A program made the translations under genes and the position numbers. The notes under the pieces were generated by a model. That model did not search any database and had not been told where the DNA came from. It saw nothing but the letters and a program-made list of their open reading frames with translations. This document shows positions 37,480-51,394 of a stretch of 64,000 nucleotides of DNA, in pieces; the first letter of the stretch is position 1; every line of letters starts with the position of its first letter. The stretch spans positions 11,408,001 to 11,472,000 of the forward strand of contig JANJGN010000034.1 of assembly GCA_026770705.1 (NCBI GenBank), written 5' to 3'. This stretch comes from Isurus oxyrinchus (lineage: Eukaryota).

Positions 37480-37985
37480 ACTATGGCGATGGTCTACAAT
37501 GTGGAAAGATGTGAGGCTGTTTCGAGGGCTCAGGGAAAGAAAAAAATGGCTTACTTTACGAAATTCGAGGGACATGTGGACAGAAGAAAAGCCATTCCGT
37601 CCCGCAGACCTGTTTCACCATTCAATGGGAGCATAGTGCATTTAGTCATAGAGTTTTACAGACAGAAAAGAGGCCCTTGGGCCCATCTTGTCCACGTCAG
37701 CCATCAAGCTCCTCTATAATCTAATCCCATTTTCCAGCACTTGGCCCGTAGCCTTGTGTGCTGTGACGTTTGAAGTATTCATCTAAATACTTCTGAAATG
37801 TTCATAGAGTTCCTCCCTCTACCAGCCCCTCAGGAAGTGAGTTCCAGGTATCCTCCAAACTCTGGTGATTTTTTTCCCTCAAATTCCCTCTAAATCTCCT
37901 GCTCCTTACCTTAAACCTTTGGCCAATGGTTATTGACCCTGCCACTAAGGGCAAAGATTTATTCCTGTCTCGCCTATCAGCGTCG
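37480..37985. mobile_element. CR1 LINE fragments
   Basis: W.M.YNVERCE peptide on the plus strand; minus-strand CR1 3' UTR (catagagttttacagacagaaaagaggccc...). Confidence 0.6.
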
Positions 37986-39054
37986 AGATAACATGTAACC
38001 TTAGGGCCCTAGAAGCTTCTGCACGAATGTTGGAAATGATGAAAGTCAAAAAAGAAATGTACTCTCCTGAAACCAATTCCATGAATACTGGCCAAGGAAA
38101 TGAAAGGGGTTTGCTTTGGAATGAAGAGCATATAAAGGGGGTTTATATTAGAGTTTCAGTTATGTCATGATTTTGTGCCTTATTCTATGGTCGCCGCCCG
38201 TTTGGATGCGTATTCACGGTCCAATCGCCTTTCTGATAACATGTCCTGTTATGCACTGCCTTCCCCTGTCCTCTCCCACTCACCAATACCCAAATGGAAC
38301 GCTGTCCCCTCCCCTACTCCCATTACCAGTGAACTCCATAGCTCCCATCACCAGACCCTTCTGCACTGATCTCACCAGTCCCTCTGACACGCACATCACA
38401 TAGCCTGCACCACACTCCAGCCTTAGTTCCAATTCCTCGCTCCTCTCAGAATTCCATCCACAAAACTCATCCTCCTTGACTAGTTTGCCCAGTCCTGTCA
38501 CCCACTCCGATCACTTTTTCACATCCCCAGTCTAATCAACTTACACCTCTCCCACTCTGATCCCTTTAGGATCTCACAAGCAGGAAGCTAATGGGAGATA
38601 GCTGCCAACAAGAAAGAAGCGTGAATTAGAGAGTGGACTTGTAGGCTTGCTTGGTGTCTCAGCAAGAGGTGTGGAGGTTTGTGTGGTTGAGGTTATAGCA
38701 TTTATTGTTAACACACAACTATATACATATCTCCAAGGTATAGCCCAAGGTATAGCTGTTTTCGTGCAGACGGCTCTCAGACTCTCTACACACTGTATAC
38801 TATCATGTGATACTCTACATCACAATCTGGGCAGTATTGCTCTCTAGTCCCATATTAACTCCTGCATGCCCAACTACACTTATACTAAACTGAATTCGTC
38901 AATGTTCATGAGTGACATTGGGTGCACAGCTCTGGGTGGGCAGTTATCAAACTCGGCAGCCTCCTTGCACTCCTCCTATCCTCCCCATGCGTAAACCGCA
39001 TTGCTGATTGTGGTGTCTTCGCGCAAGCGCAGAGCGAAGCGCCATATCACTTGC

Positions 39055-39322
39055 CAGGGAAATTCTTTCGATTGTTTGCGCTCTTGTGGGCGCAGTGTAA
39101 TCTCCACCGTCCCACACTGTCAAGGGCTTCAGTAGGAGTGATCCGTTAGGCATGAACAAGGCTGTATTGAATTGTATTTTTTTAATTGTGAAGCTGGACA
39201 GACCGTTCCACACCAAGAATTTTGTCTTCCCGAAGTACCACAACCAAACCTTCACACCATCTGAGGGTTTAACTGAAAGAAAAATGCGTTTCCTCCGACG
39301 GACCCATTAATCCGATTGTTTC
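39055..39322 (-). pseudogene. Cys-less IgV (CEACAM N-like) pseudo-exon: NNRINGSVGGNAF/SVKPSDGVKVWLWYFGK...LFMPNGSLLLKPLTVWDGGDYT
   Basis: NGSLLL and DxGxYT motifs; ctctgacag acceptor; frameshift near the 5' end; GC-type donor gcaagt. Confidence 0.8.
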
Positions 39323-39386
39323 CTGTCAGAGACAGTAAAACCCTGGGGCACAGATGAGGAAAATAAACCCGTAATGAGAAAGGCGG

Positions 39387-39659
39387 TCACACTCGGCACA
39401 TCGTTGGCTTTTCTGTAACGATGTTGATAGTGTAATCCCCACTGTCCGAACCTGTCACTGAATTCAGCAGGAGGGACCCGTAAGGGAGGAATAACTCAGC
39501 ACGTTCATAGCGTTCAATAGTTCTACCAGAGCCTGCATGGAGCCACTTCGCGATACTTTTGTCCCCGAATTGCCATCTCCCATTCCGCACCACAGCTGAC
39601 GGCTCCACCCGAAAAATCTACAGCGTTTCCTCCCACGGTCGCTTTAATCCGACTGTGTA
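39387..39659 (-). pseudogene. Cys-less IgV (CEACAM N-like) pseudo-exon: HSRIKATVGGNAV/VEPSAVVRNGRWQFGDK...RAELFLPYGSLLLNSVTGSDSGDYTINI
   Basis: Clear N-domain motifs (R..LF..GSLLL..V...DSGDYT); ttctcctcag acceptor; frameshift after GGNAV. Confidence 0.85.
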
Positions 39660-39824
39660 CTGAGGAGAGAAATCCAAAATAATAAAAGCGGTCAAACTCC
39701 ACACAACATACACTTTTCGAAAGTGATAATAATAACATCCACTGATTTGCCCTGAGAATCTCGTGCTGTCGTTCTTCTCCAAACCTTAGCAAGAGAGATA
39801 CGAGAAAGTGCTCCTCACCCACAG

Positions 39825-40110
39825 GTATCAATAAATAAACATGTCCCGCGCAAAGTGTCAGTCTCCACATCCCGAGAGAAACGCGCAAGTCCCTATTACA
39901 CTCGGTGACCGATCCGCTCTCCCGCTGTACAGGGCAGATCAATTTAATCGTTTACTGAAGTAGCAATACTGATTGGACCGTGGCTTGTTCATCTGTGCAG
40001 AAACTCATTCACAGATGCTGAACATTTATGTGCTGGGCATGGTTGACATCCGAAGAAAATCTACAGCGTTTCCTCCCACCGAGTGCTGGTCACTTGCCTG
40101 GCACCTCATT
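39825..40110 (-). pseudogene. Third, more decayed IgV pseudo-exon (SVGGNAVDF...)
   Basis: Shares gtgggaggaaacgctgtagatttt with the 39387-39659 exon; ctctccgtag acceptor. Confidence 0.5.
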
Positions 40111-40339
40111 CTACGGAGAGGGAGCTGCTATAATCCAGTAATATATTCGAAATATTGATGCGCGTGGCGTTTCTTTTAGTGCTCAGTCGCTATTTTTTGT
40201 TTTGGCAGAGTAACATTGGAGAGTGGGTGCAGACACGATGGAGCGAGTGTCCTCCTTGTGTACCGTTAAAACTCCGTGATTCTGTGACTGAGATATTCAT
40301 TCAAGAACAGAAAGTTACGACCTTCCCGACTGAAGCACT

Positions 40340-40615
40340 AAGGAACCTCCGTGAGCTGCTTATATCCCCTGAGAATACTGCGTTCCTCCAATTCCCATCT
40401 CTGGTACATCCCAGATTTTAAGCACTCTACAATGGTGAACCTGCTGCTCAGTTCCCTCAGTCCTAAACTCTGGGAATCTGCTCCCGAACTTTTCCACCTC
40501 TCTACCTCTATGTACTCAAGACCCTCCCTAAAAACTTCCCCTTTGACCAATGTTTTAGACAACTGTCCTAATGTCTTCTGCTTTTGCCCGGGTTCAAAAT
40601 TAATTACGTAACAGG
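40340..40615 (+). mobile_element. L2-type LINE 3' end fragment
   Basis: LSSLSPKLWESAPE...SLKTSPL resembles the L2 ORF2 C-terminus. Confidence 0.6.
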
Positions 40616-40624
40616 ACTACGAAC

Positions 40625-41893
40625 TGTTACGACCGGAGCCGATGTAATTTACTGAGCAAACCAATCCCCAGTGAGAAATTTGTATGACTGATGATAAACT
40701 TTTTAACGAGGGAATAGACGGCCGATCCCAGAAACACAGAATACCAGTAACACTTCTATTACTTAAAGATTTAAAATACTGTTAACAACAAGAAAAAAAA
40801 CCTTAAGCACCCAAGATTAAAGTTGCAGAGTTAAAACAATTTTACAAAACATCCTTCCTCCCACCACCCCCCCAAAGCACACGCTTCGTCAGAACACTCA
40901 AGTGAACTCCTTGGCAACAGCTCCTATATAGATTTAAACTATTAAAATCCTTTGCTATTACCCAATCCATGAACTGCAGTCACGTTAGTAAAGAGACAGG
41001 ACAAGACTTCTCATTCTCTTCCATTGCTGGGAAATCCAATAAAGTTCAGGAAACAAACTGTTGTCTGAGATAAAGACTTTTCTGGTCCCACTGACTGATT
41101 GTTTCAGGTTTCACAGCTTTTCTCAGCAGAGTTGGTCTCAGGGCTTACACGCAACAAACCCTTCCCCATACACATAGCCACGACTACTCATCTAAACATG
41201 TTTCCTTAAATATCTTTTTTTTTACCTTTCATCTTAGCTCTCATTGCTCTCAAACGCCTCTTTGAACTCATTTTTTTCCAAACTATGAAAATTTTTCATG
41301 TTTACCTATTGCCTCTACTTTCGTGTCAAATATAATTGAGTAGTTTACCCTTGTTTGCTTATGAACTCTTTGTAAACTGTTAAAGTCCCTTTTCACTTCT
41401 TTGAAATCCAACAGCTGATAAGTCAAGACGCGATGTATCTCATAATGCAAATTGTAAATCCACTTCATTGGCGCCCCACATTACAAATGCATGTGTCTAG
41501 CGAAATTACACTTCTTTCTCTCAACTCCCAAGAAAAATTGCCTATATGATCAACTTAATTAANNNNNNNNNNNNNNNNNNNNNNNNNNNNNNNNNNNNNN
41601 NNNNNNNNNNNNNNNNNNNNNNNNNNNNNNNNNNNNNNNNNNNNNNNNNNNNNNNNNNNNNNNNNNNNNNNNNNNNNNNNNNNNNNNNNNNNNNNNNNNN
41701 NNNNNNNNNNNNNNNNNNNNNNNNNNTTGACAGGATATCATCATACTCCCTTACAATTAAAGACAATCACGTTCATCGTCTTAGCTCCCTCAAGGTAAAA
41801 AATCTGAAACGTTTATTTCAAAAAGACGTTTTCATTTGATCAACTCACTTCGTATTACTTCCTATTCATATCTAAATAAAAAATACTGTTACA
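40625..41893 (-). mobile_element. Solo LTR-like element containing the N-run (paralogous end at 1-440)
   Basis: TGTTACGACC start and ...TGTTACA end, AT-rich interior; no TSD recognised and the right boundary is tentative. Confidence 0.4.
41563..41726. other. N-run (gap or masked segment), 164 nt, at the site paralogous to 94-273
   Basis: Identical flanks to the first N-run. Confidence 0.95.
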
Positions 41894-42349
41894 CTAGGGT
41901 GCTCATGCATCAACCATGAATAAATAAACAATTGTTTTGTAAGAATAAAGTTCATTCCAATCCATTCACAATTTACCAACATCCAAGCAATTTTGAATGT
42001 TAGCTCTTGGCAGCGCATCTGCAATTAAATTCTCTCGCCCAACCACGAGCATCATTTTTAAATTGAACATTTGCAATAACAAATTCCACCAGAACAGTCT
42101 GGTGTCTTGGTCTCGAAACTCTTCCAGAAACTACAAAGGATTATAGTTAGCATATAAACCTGTCTCTGAAGTGTTGTTTGCACATACACATTGAAATGAT
42201 ACAAAGCTAAACCCAAACTTAAAGTCTCCTTTTCTAGAGCTGAGTGTTTCTTCTGATGCATATTCAAATGTGAGACATGTCCTGTTGGTTTCTCAAGTCC
42301 CAGTTCACTTTCCTGTAATGACATAGCGTCAACATCCACATTTCTACAC

Positions 42350-44849
42350 CGCACATTTACCTGGATGATACCATGGAATAAATGGTTGAATTATGGAGAT
42401 TATGTGATCTTCCATTTCATGAGCTTTGGAAGCTGGTGGAAGATCTGAATGAGAAGTTTAATATTATAAGCGGACCTAGTTGATAGAGAAAAAAAATTGC
42501 CTCTGCACGGAGGATCAAGGTTACCAAGACATCGTCTAAATTTTGAAGTTGCTTCGAGGGGAATGAGCGTTTTTCATATGTTGCTCATCGCTAGTGCACC
42601 AGAAGCTATTAACGGTCTTCTAATTAAAGTACTGAGTTGAACAACAGAGCAGAGGTGTGGCTGGAGGCCATAATGTTTCACCGTCATAGGCTGCAGGAGG
42701 CTTAGAGGAAAGGGCTCAGTGATCAAAGTAACAAAGTGTGACATCTGAAAATGATTACGGCATTGGTATTGCTCTGTCAGACAGGAAAACAGACTTCCAG
42801 AAAGAGAGACAGTGATGGATGATGCGAAAATGAATGGTGCTTATCATTACTTTCTAGAGTGATCCGAGAGTAATTCGGCAGCTTCGGTGCGGGAATGTGA
42901 TGCTTGATGTATCCCACTGAGATTTGGTTAAGTATAGCTCAACCAGTTGTGTGCAGAAACAATAATGGCAATTCCCTGATGAAATAGAGACAGGTGTCAT
43001 TGCAAGGGGGACAACCCGAATTAGAAACAGCAAAGTTATTCCTGGAAACATTAGATTAAACGTGTGGATAAGTTATTGGTTGAATACATTGCCAACTGCA
43101 GATGTTTCACGATGAATTGAAAGGAAGAGGTAAGCCAGCTGACACATTGAAAGCGGCTTCGTCAATGAAAAGCAGACATTTTTTTCTGCTTCCAGAGGAA
43201 ATCAATAAGGGAAGTGGGGAGCAATTTGTAAGTGTGTGATGAAGACAATCGACGTCGGGAATCCAGTTCATAGGTGGCACTGTATATCAATAGCAGGAAT
43301 TATGTGAAGGGAGTGGTTTACTGATCTCAGAATGGGACTGACTTCAGAGGAGGGAAGGCAAACTGAGCTTAGATGCAGACTAAAATCATAAACGCAAGCA
43401 ATCGCTCATTAGAGATTGGGAAACGATATTTAATGGTGCATTATGCTGGTGGCAGTTTAAAAATATATATAAAGGAGACGGAGAGAAGTCTACTGTAACA
43501 GCATCCTCATGGATTTGTTGTCCTCCTGCTGTAGCGAATCGCGAGCCAACAATGCCCTGGAAGTCAGCAAGAAGTTACGGTCTGTGGAAGCAAAATGGAA
43601 ATAATTTTGATTCTAAGCATGTACAAACAATATTTGGTGAAATGCATTACTTTCGGGAAATAGCATCACTTTATTATTTTTCGTAGCAGCATTCTAAGCT
43701 GCTGCAAGGGTGAAGTCTATTGATGATGCGTCATATTATATAACCCACCAGAATCCACTTGGAAACAAGATATGATGTGTGTCCAGAAAATATAATTACT
43801 TGAATGCTGGAAATTAGTAACAATTGGATTTGTTTCTTCAGCAATGCACAGTTGGAGTTCATGCCTGATAGAGGATCATTCAATGTTATTTTAAACAATG
43901 TGTTTGAAAATTGATCTCCAATGATGTTGCTCAGGTGCGGATTCGTTGGCATAACAATAGAGTCTAGGGACAGCGCATGACAGGAACTGGTTTGCACAAA
44001 CACAGGTACGGTTTACACCGTGGGTTGCAGGTTAATCAAGAGCATAAACATTGAATTTCCTACTCTCCCCATCTTCAATGTCAGATACATGGTAGAGCTG
44101 CTGTCATGCCAGTAACAACATATCATATTTTCAAACATCCGAATATGATATTTACTCAGTGTGGAATCATTTGGAACTGCACTTTCTTTCCAAGCCAAGA
44201 TGGTCAATATGTCCTGCAGAGGTTGGCCGCCAAAGCTCAGCAAGCCTGATAAGTGGATTCAGAAACTGCCACGCTATCTCGTGATGCCAAAACGATAAAG
44301 TCCAGACTAGGAGATTTCACCCACCTACACCCTAAGACCATCGAAAGGACATTTTGAATTAAAATTGCCTTTATTAAATAAAGTCAGCGATGGCATCAAC
44401 CCTACTCATGATGAACGTCTTCCAACAAGAAACCAGGTTATGGATAATTTAACCAACACCATATTTGGAAAGGGGAGCTGTGAGAAGTCAAATGTTGGGT
44501 AGACATGTCTGTTCTGGCTTCATCTTTAAGTATTGTGTGCTGAGCCACAGGATCAGCAGAAAGGGCAGGACGTTAATGTCTGCAGACTGTAAAACTATAA
44601 GGTCTTCAAGCCTGTTCCTTTTCAGGAACACCAACACTGAAAACTGATGTTCTGGTAAAGAGACTAGAAGCATTCGTGCCCTGAAAAAAGTCAATCTCTT
44701 CGATAGAATCCTGATAACCACCTCAGCACGTGACTCCGGCTGTTGAACTTAGTTTCAGAGCCTGAGGAGAATATACTTCATCTGATTTTTTAAAAAGTAC
44801 ATTATTCATATTCATGACCACTGATCATGGAACCAAATTACCTACGACA
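42350..44849 (+). mobile_element. Paralogous decayed LTR/ERV-like element (putative LTR 44479-44849)
   Basis: Same polypurine tract-TG junction at 44467-44480. Confidence 0.45.
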
Positions 44850-46168
44850 TGTTGAAATTTTCAGTAACAATTGTTTTTTTTTAATTGCCCCACAAACATA
44901 AATTGGCTAGTACTGTAATGCCACCATTTGCCGGAAAATTCCGATGTGGATTGCACTTGTCCAAATAGTCCAAAAGACAGAATATTGCACCTAATCAATG
45001 TTTTCCAGAATAGGGCAGTCACGTCAATCATGAATTAATCATTTTCTTTATAACTTTTAGAAGAGCACTAGGCACTTCAATTGCACATTCTCTGAGTGCA
45101 TATTTGCATGTAAATGTGTGAGTAAAGGCTATAATGTTAGATTGAGCGTGAAAATAAGCAATTATCTTTATTTAAACGCACAATCAGGAGGCTACCGGTT
45201 ATTCAACTTGTCCACACTTTCAAGGGATAATAAACACGTGTCTTTCCTTCAAAATTTTACTGATTACAGACAACTGGGAAGGGAGCAGAGATTTCCCTGC
45301 TTCTCTCGGTCACACTGTCCGTAACAGCCTCCGCCCACATCCCACCAGCTCATGTGATGCTTCCCAAGGCGCGGGACAAATTGAAGCTAACTTCACCCAG
45401 ATCTTTGGTGCTCATTACGTGGCATGGGCTTATCACTGGAATCAAGAGTGATCACGAATCTGGAGCATTAATACTGTTACCTTAAATTAGCTTTCTCAGT
45501 TTGTGCTTTGTTTGCATTTTGCAAGGGAGTCTTAAGTTTTTGGCCCAGAGCAACAACATTTTACATAACGAGCCAAAGATAAACACTCAGTTCACAATAT
45601 AATCAAACTACAAGTGTTATTCTCAACCGCACACCCCGAGTTCAACCTCCTCAGTGGCAAGTGTTTAAACTGGACTCACGAGATAGGGTCATTTGTGAGC
45701 CCACAGAGAAAAAAATTGCCATAAAATTATTACTATTTTGTTGTAAAGCCTGACGAGTTCAGTAATGCCCTTTGTGGCAAATAGCATTTCACACCATTCG
45801 CTCTATATCAAGCTATAAGTTTTGGCTACCACTGAATACTATGAGGACACCTGGAGATCACAATTGAACACTGCCTTGTCATGTGATATTCCTGCCTTGT
45901 GAAGAAATGAGGAGACAAGACGCTGTGGATACCGAAAGGATGGCTCCCCTTTGAGGGAGAAAGTGGATCAATGAGACAGAGTTTTAAAATAAGGGTCATA
46001 ATCAGTGCAGCCACGAACTTATTAAATAGTGGAGGAGATTTGAATGAGCCGAATGGATTTCTCAGGCTCCTGATTCGTCTGCACGTTTGTTCTTAAATGG
46101 AAAATCCTACATTCCGTTTGCTTTTTTAAAAGATGGCAGATGACGTGTGAAATGTTCTTTCAACATAC

Positions 46169-46212
46169 CTCATCAAGTCACTGTAAACCGACCGATCGTG
46201 CACTTGTAATCC
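46169..46212 (-). CDS. ITAM exon 2, copy 2: GLQVHDRSVYSDLM(R)
   Basis: Identical to 4706-4749, splice sites intact. Confidence 0.85.
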
Positions 46213-46342
46213 CTGTTAAAATTAATAATATATTTGTTTTTTTAGTGAACAACAATAGAGTGCGTTAAAAGAGAACTGAGGTGAAATATAGGATAAATAG
46301 TCAGTGAATGAAATAAAAGAATGCACAAAAAAATATCCTGAC

Positions 46343-46384
46343 CATATAAGTAGAGTCTTCCTCAAGTGGTTTTGTAGCTTTCTC
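46343..46384 (-). CDS. ITAM exon 1, copy 2: EKATKPLEEDSTYM
   Basis: 42 nt, splice sites intact. Confidence 0.85.
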
Positions 46385-46860
46385 CTGTAAAAATGCAATT
46401 TGAAAAACGATGTATAATCAGGTACACAAGAAATCCATGTGATTACTTCATAATTTAGAACGATTAGAATGTCATATATCCCACAATAAAAGTTATACCA
46501 ATTTCCCTAAAATAACTAGCCCCAAATTACATTTCAGGGGTGAATGTTCATTACTAGCACGTGGTGAAAGAGGAGCAACAGCGCACAGAATATTCATTTC
46601 ACTCAGCACTCGGTTATCATGACTGAGGTAAAATTGAAAATTGACGCCAATATTCCATGCTGCAACAGGAGCATTGTTTGATAATCTTATAAAAACAGGA
46701 ACCAGTCCACTAACCGAGTAAGGCAAAGAACACCGAAACCCCTACCCTAGTCTAACTTATTGCCAAATCGAGTTTACTCCGACTGCATGAACATTGATAT
46801 TGTTATCCTCACTGGAATGAACTCGCCAATGTGACCATGTTTTAATACAATTGTACCAAC

Positions 46861-46925
46861 CTTTTGCTTTCTTGGAATATTTTCGTAGGCTGATGCTGAA
46901 TTCTCCCCTATTGCAGCAGGGCTGC
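46861..46925 (-). CDS. Cytoplasmic exon, copy 2: SPAAIGENSASAYENIPRKQK
   Basis: 65 nt, splice sites intact. Confidence 0.8.
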
Positions 46926-48961
46926 CTGTGAGAATGAAAAACAGTTAATCACATCTCCACATATAATCACAGAATCATACAATGACAGAGCACAATCGGA
47001 GGTCATTTAGCCCACCATGCCAGTATCAGCTCTTTGAAGGTGAAATACAATTAATCCCATTCCTCAGCCATTTTCTCACACCCTTGTAAGTAAGTTTCCT
47101 TAACGTGCATATCCAATGTCCTTGTCAAACTGATATTCAATATGATTCCAACAAATGTTTATGTTATGCAACCCGATCATAGCAATTCGCTGCCTAAATA
47201 AAAATTTACACCTCACGCAGCTGTCTTTTTTGGGAACTAGATTTCATTTTTACCACCTATGGCTGCTTACAGTTTCTCCTAATTTCCTCTATCACGATAT
47301 TTCCCGATTTTGAACACCTCTGTAAAATCTCCCATCAGCCTCCCTGCTTTAAGGAGAATAAGCCGAGCTACTCCCATTTTTCCACGGAGCTAAAGTCCTA
47401 CATCTCTGGTGCTATTTCTGTAAATGTTCAGTACACACTCCTCAAGACAGTAACATTAGTCCTGAATCATTGAACCATGTACATGCCAATAGAGTGAGAA
47501 CGGTTGCTTCATGTTCTGAGGCATTGCAGCTTTTGTTTCTTAGTTTTCTCTTTCTGTTTTCTGGGGTGGACTCCGTTCGTGCTAATTTAATGATTTCTTG
47601 AGTTGTCGGGTCAATTTTATCAACTAAGGGTACACTTGGAACAGCCGTAATCAAGGAATGAAAATTGGTGGGAATCTAGTTCTACGTTTTTCAATATAAC
47701 GCAGAAGAGATATCAAATCGGCTGCTGGTTCGCCATCATCTATTCTACATTAGAGAGATGGGCGCAATTGTCCTAGGTATTTCATCATGTGGGTGTTCCT
47801 GAAGCTGACAGATTCACACTTTGAGCACCCAAGTAGCAGAAAACACAATGGTTAGTTCCAGGCAAAACCTTTGTCTCAACGTCAGCTCTGTATGTGTACA
47901 CAAATCTATTCGGTTTTGAACTTTCACGAGGAATGTGCAACTCACTGTAAAATGAAGCTTTCGCATGAAAATAGATACAGAAGCATATATTGGATGTTAT
48001 TGGTGTCAACGTATTTTCAGTCAGATATAATTTGCATGAACGATTGATCTTTTCATCATTCACAAGTTAGCGAAACCTATATTAAACAGAATGTTGAGCG
48101 ATAGCCATGTTGATCCAAACTTCTTTTAAAATAGCGTTTAGCTGTTAGGCAATTGTGCGTAAAAGTGCTCAACAAGAACTAGTTTATCTACATTGATGTG
48201 CAAACTTAAAGATTCATAAATCTGCCCGATGTATGCTTGTTTGAATGAACTTCAACTCATAAAGCACTATTGACCCCTGCAACCATACATTCAACATGGA
48301 AATGCTAAAGTATTTCACTTACTATTTTCTGTTGGACTAATGTTCGTTGCAATTTGCCCTTGCGTTGGTTGTTGCTTCCTAAAGAAATGTAGTGCAACAT
48401 AATAAAATAAACATTTTCAGGACGATATAATATTGCAATCATGATCTGCAACAGAAATCCTATTTGATAATGTCTTATTATTAGTGAAAAATATCTTCCT
48501 AACTGGAAGGAACAAATTTCATCATGCTGGGCAACATCGACATTATTTTATTCTTTTATGGGACGTGTCGTCGTTAGCTGAGCCAGCATTTTTTATTGCC
48601 TATCCCTAATTGCCCTTGAGAAGACGGTTGTGAGCTGTCTTCCTGTGCCGCTGCTGTCCATATGGCGCAGGAGCACCTAAAACAGTTTGAGTATTTGGAA
48701 GATGCAAAACTAAGTAACTGCATCAGCAACAGTAGTGGAGCGTTATCATACAAGAGTGGGGAACTAACAGTAGGTGATTTTTGTCAATCAGAAATATAAA
48801 CGATTATTATTGACTGTGTAAACCTGACTTATAAGTATATAGACTTGGACAGAGACATAAACATATTTTGAAACAACCTTTCGCGCATTTCCTTTGATTC
48901 AATTCATCAGGCTATAGACAAACTACTAAAGGTGCAGATAACATTTACATAGACTATTTAC

Positions 48962-49085
48962 CAGCATACTTTCTTTTTGATCAGCCACGCGCTTATCCCG
49001 CCGATCATTCCCAGAATAAGTAGAACAGCAATCACGATGCCTGCTTTGTGACCACTGCCTAATTCAGTGGTGGAGGAATGTTGTC
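48962..49085 (-). CDS. Transmembrane exon, copy 2: GQHSSTTELGSGHKAGIVIAVLLILGMIGGISAWLIKKKVC
   Basis: 124 nt, open, canonical AG/GT. Confidence 0.9.
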
Positions 49086-51217
49086 CTGAAAATGCAACAA
49101 GAACAGATATTGAAATTAATATCAAATGCCGGAATCAATTAAACTCCTGTAGCAATGGGCCGGTATTTAAACACATTTTGCCATAGCGCTTGATTGCTGC
49201 TAAATTTCAACATTCCAAGGAATAAAAATGGCCATCACAGTGTTCTTTCGAGCCAATGTGACACGTCATTTAAATACAAGCCTCTGCAGCTGCAAGGACA
49301 ACCAGGTAATTGAGTTTTTACGCTCTTGATCTCAAAATATTTTAAAAATTTCTCTCTACAGCTCTTAATGGGCCAATCAAGTGCTGAGCATCAAGGAATG
49401 CAATCCCGACTGTTGGCCGTGTTGTCTTCCAATTTGTCAGGAAGCATTTCGTTTGATTCCCAAAAATATTAATTCCTTTCCTCAACTGAAGCCTACATTT
49501 CACATCTTGTCAACTTCCATTTTCTTGTGCCTTGAAACCAGGTGGATTTCCCTTGGCAATCCCCTTCTGTTTCTCATCTACCTCATGCATCAGTGGCAAC
49601 ATGCCAAAACATATAGCTAAATTTTATGGGGCGCTGTGGTCCCCATACCCAGGAGTGAATAAATCGGGAACCAGCCAATCCGCACTTCTGGCCCCTGCAT
49701 GGAAATTCCTATGCCGAGCAGACAATTGAGGGATAAGAGCGGTGTTGGGGTGGGAGAGGGGCTGAAGTGGACAAGCCAGTGTCGGGAGAGGAACAGGGAG
49801 ACGGAAGACCTGCCGGTCCCGCCAACGCACTATAAAATTAGCCACATCTACATTCTTGAAAACAGGGTGCTAGTCATTTGCCCATCGTCAAAATGGATGC
49901 AGAAACTGGCTGCATTAAATCTATTCCTCAGGGAAATGTTCACTGTGTAATGGACAAAGTCTCAATGGGCCAAACTCCGCCACTTTAGGACGAGGAAAGT
50001 GTGCTTTCTAACTCAAGTTACCCGGGAAAGGCAACATTTCTCAAAACTTTGACAATCCGGAAAAGCAAGCCGTTCCCGCTGCTACCATGCAGTGCCTCCG
50101 TGATTGGTACTTTCCACTAACAAGATGCTGCCTCAGCCCAAAAAGAATACTCTGCCTATCACACAACTGAGCACCGCCATGCATCAATTGCAGTGCCGTT
50201 GTGATGCCATCTGAATAAACCGTATGTCCCAGTGATTGGCTGATCGAATCAAGCAGCGTGTTATATTGGTTGTGCATAAGAGTGTTAAACGTTAAAAACA
50301 ATGGTAAAAGTAGAGCCTAGGGAACAGATACTGGCATCTTGAAGCAGCATAACCTAATATGGCCAAACTGAAACCTAAATATAATTTTGATATGCACAGT
50401 ACGTCTTTAATCTGGAAATCTGTAATAGCAATGCTTTTTATTCCGACGATGCATTTGGCAACAACTCACTTTGCACATCCTCTTGTGTGTTGAGTTTCTC
50501 TGGGCCACTGACTAAATCCAAGTGACCCTGTCCTCCAAAAGGAGAGCAGCGCTAACACAGAACAACTGAACCCACAAATGATAACGTGTATGGCGGTAAA
50601 GTGGCATTAGTGTAGCAGAATTGAGTTCCCACAGCTATATACATTCTTACAGCAATGAATGGCTCTCCCTCTTTAGTGTACTGGAGACCGACAATCTATA
50701 GGCAAGCGAGGGAATTCATGCCTTTGATGATTAAGACTACAGCCCTATATCTGCGAAATGCTGAGTCAAGCACAGTGGTTTGCTTATTGAAGCCACGCTC
50801 TAATTGCACCAAGCAAAGCAAGGGGGAAAACAGCCCAGTAATAATTATTTTTATATATATATTTGGTCACTCAAAGATCAAACGTAAGATTTTTCCCACA
50901 AGAAAATCAGCGCTTCTAATTTGAGGAGAAATATTTGTCGAAGCATGTCAGAAATAGTTATTTTTAAAATAGCATTGGTGTATGTAATCGGGAAATCATT
51001 GCATGAGCAACATTTATTTGTATTTTTGCTTCGCAGTCTTCAAACTGAGCATGTTACTGCATAAATAACAGATGTTTATGTATTTCGGTAATAAAATGTC
51101 AGAGACTCTCCATGCACATGGAACCCGATTACCGAGTCTCTGCTCATTCTTACAAACTTCAACATTTCACCTCTTCGCAAAGTTCATATTCAAGTAAATA
51201 TTAATGATGTCACATGC

Positions 51218-51394
51218 TTTCGGGAAAAAAAACATCTAAGTTTAGCGAAGTCGCGGATTTTCGGCAGCCAAAGCACAATTTAAATAAATTCACAAGTAAA
51301 CACCAGAATTGTGAAATTGAACCTGGGAGGGACGTAAACCAGGTAATATTATATATATTTCCAGTTACAAGCCTCGCACTAAATTCAGGTCCAT
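51218..51394 (-). pseudogene. Degenerate Ig-like exon, copy 2
   Basis: Paralog of 9735-9912. Confidence 0.35.
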
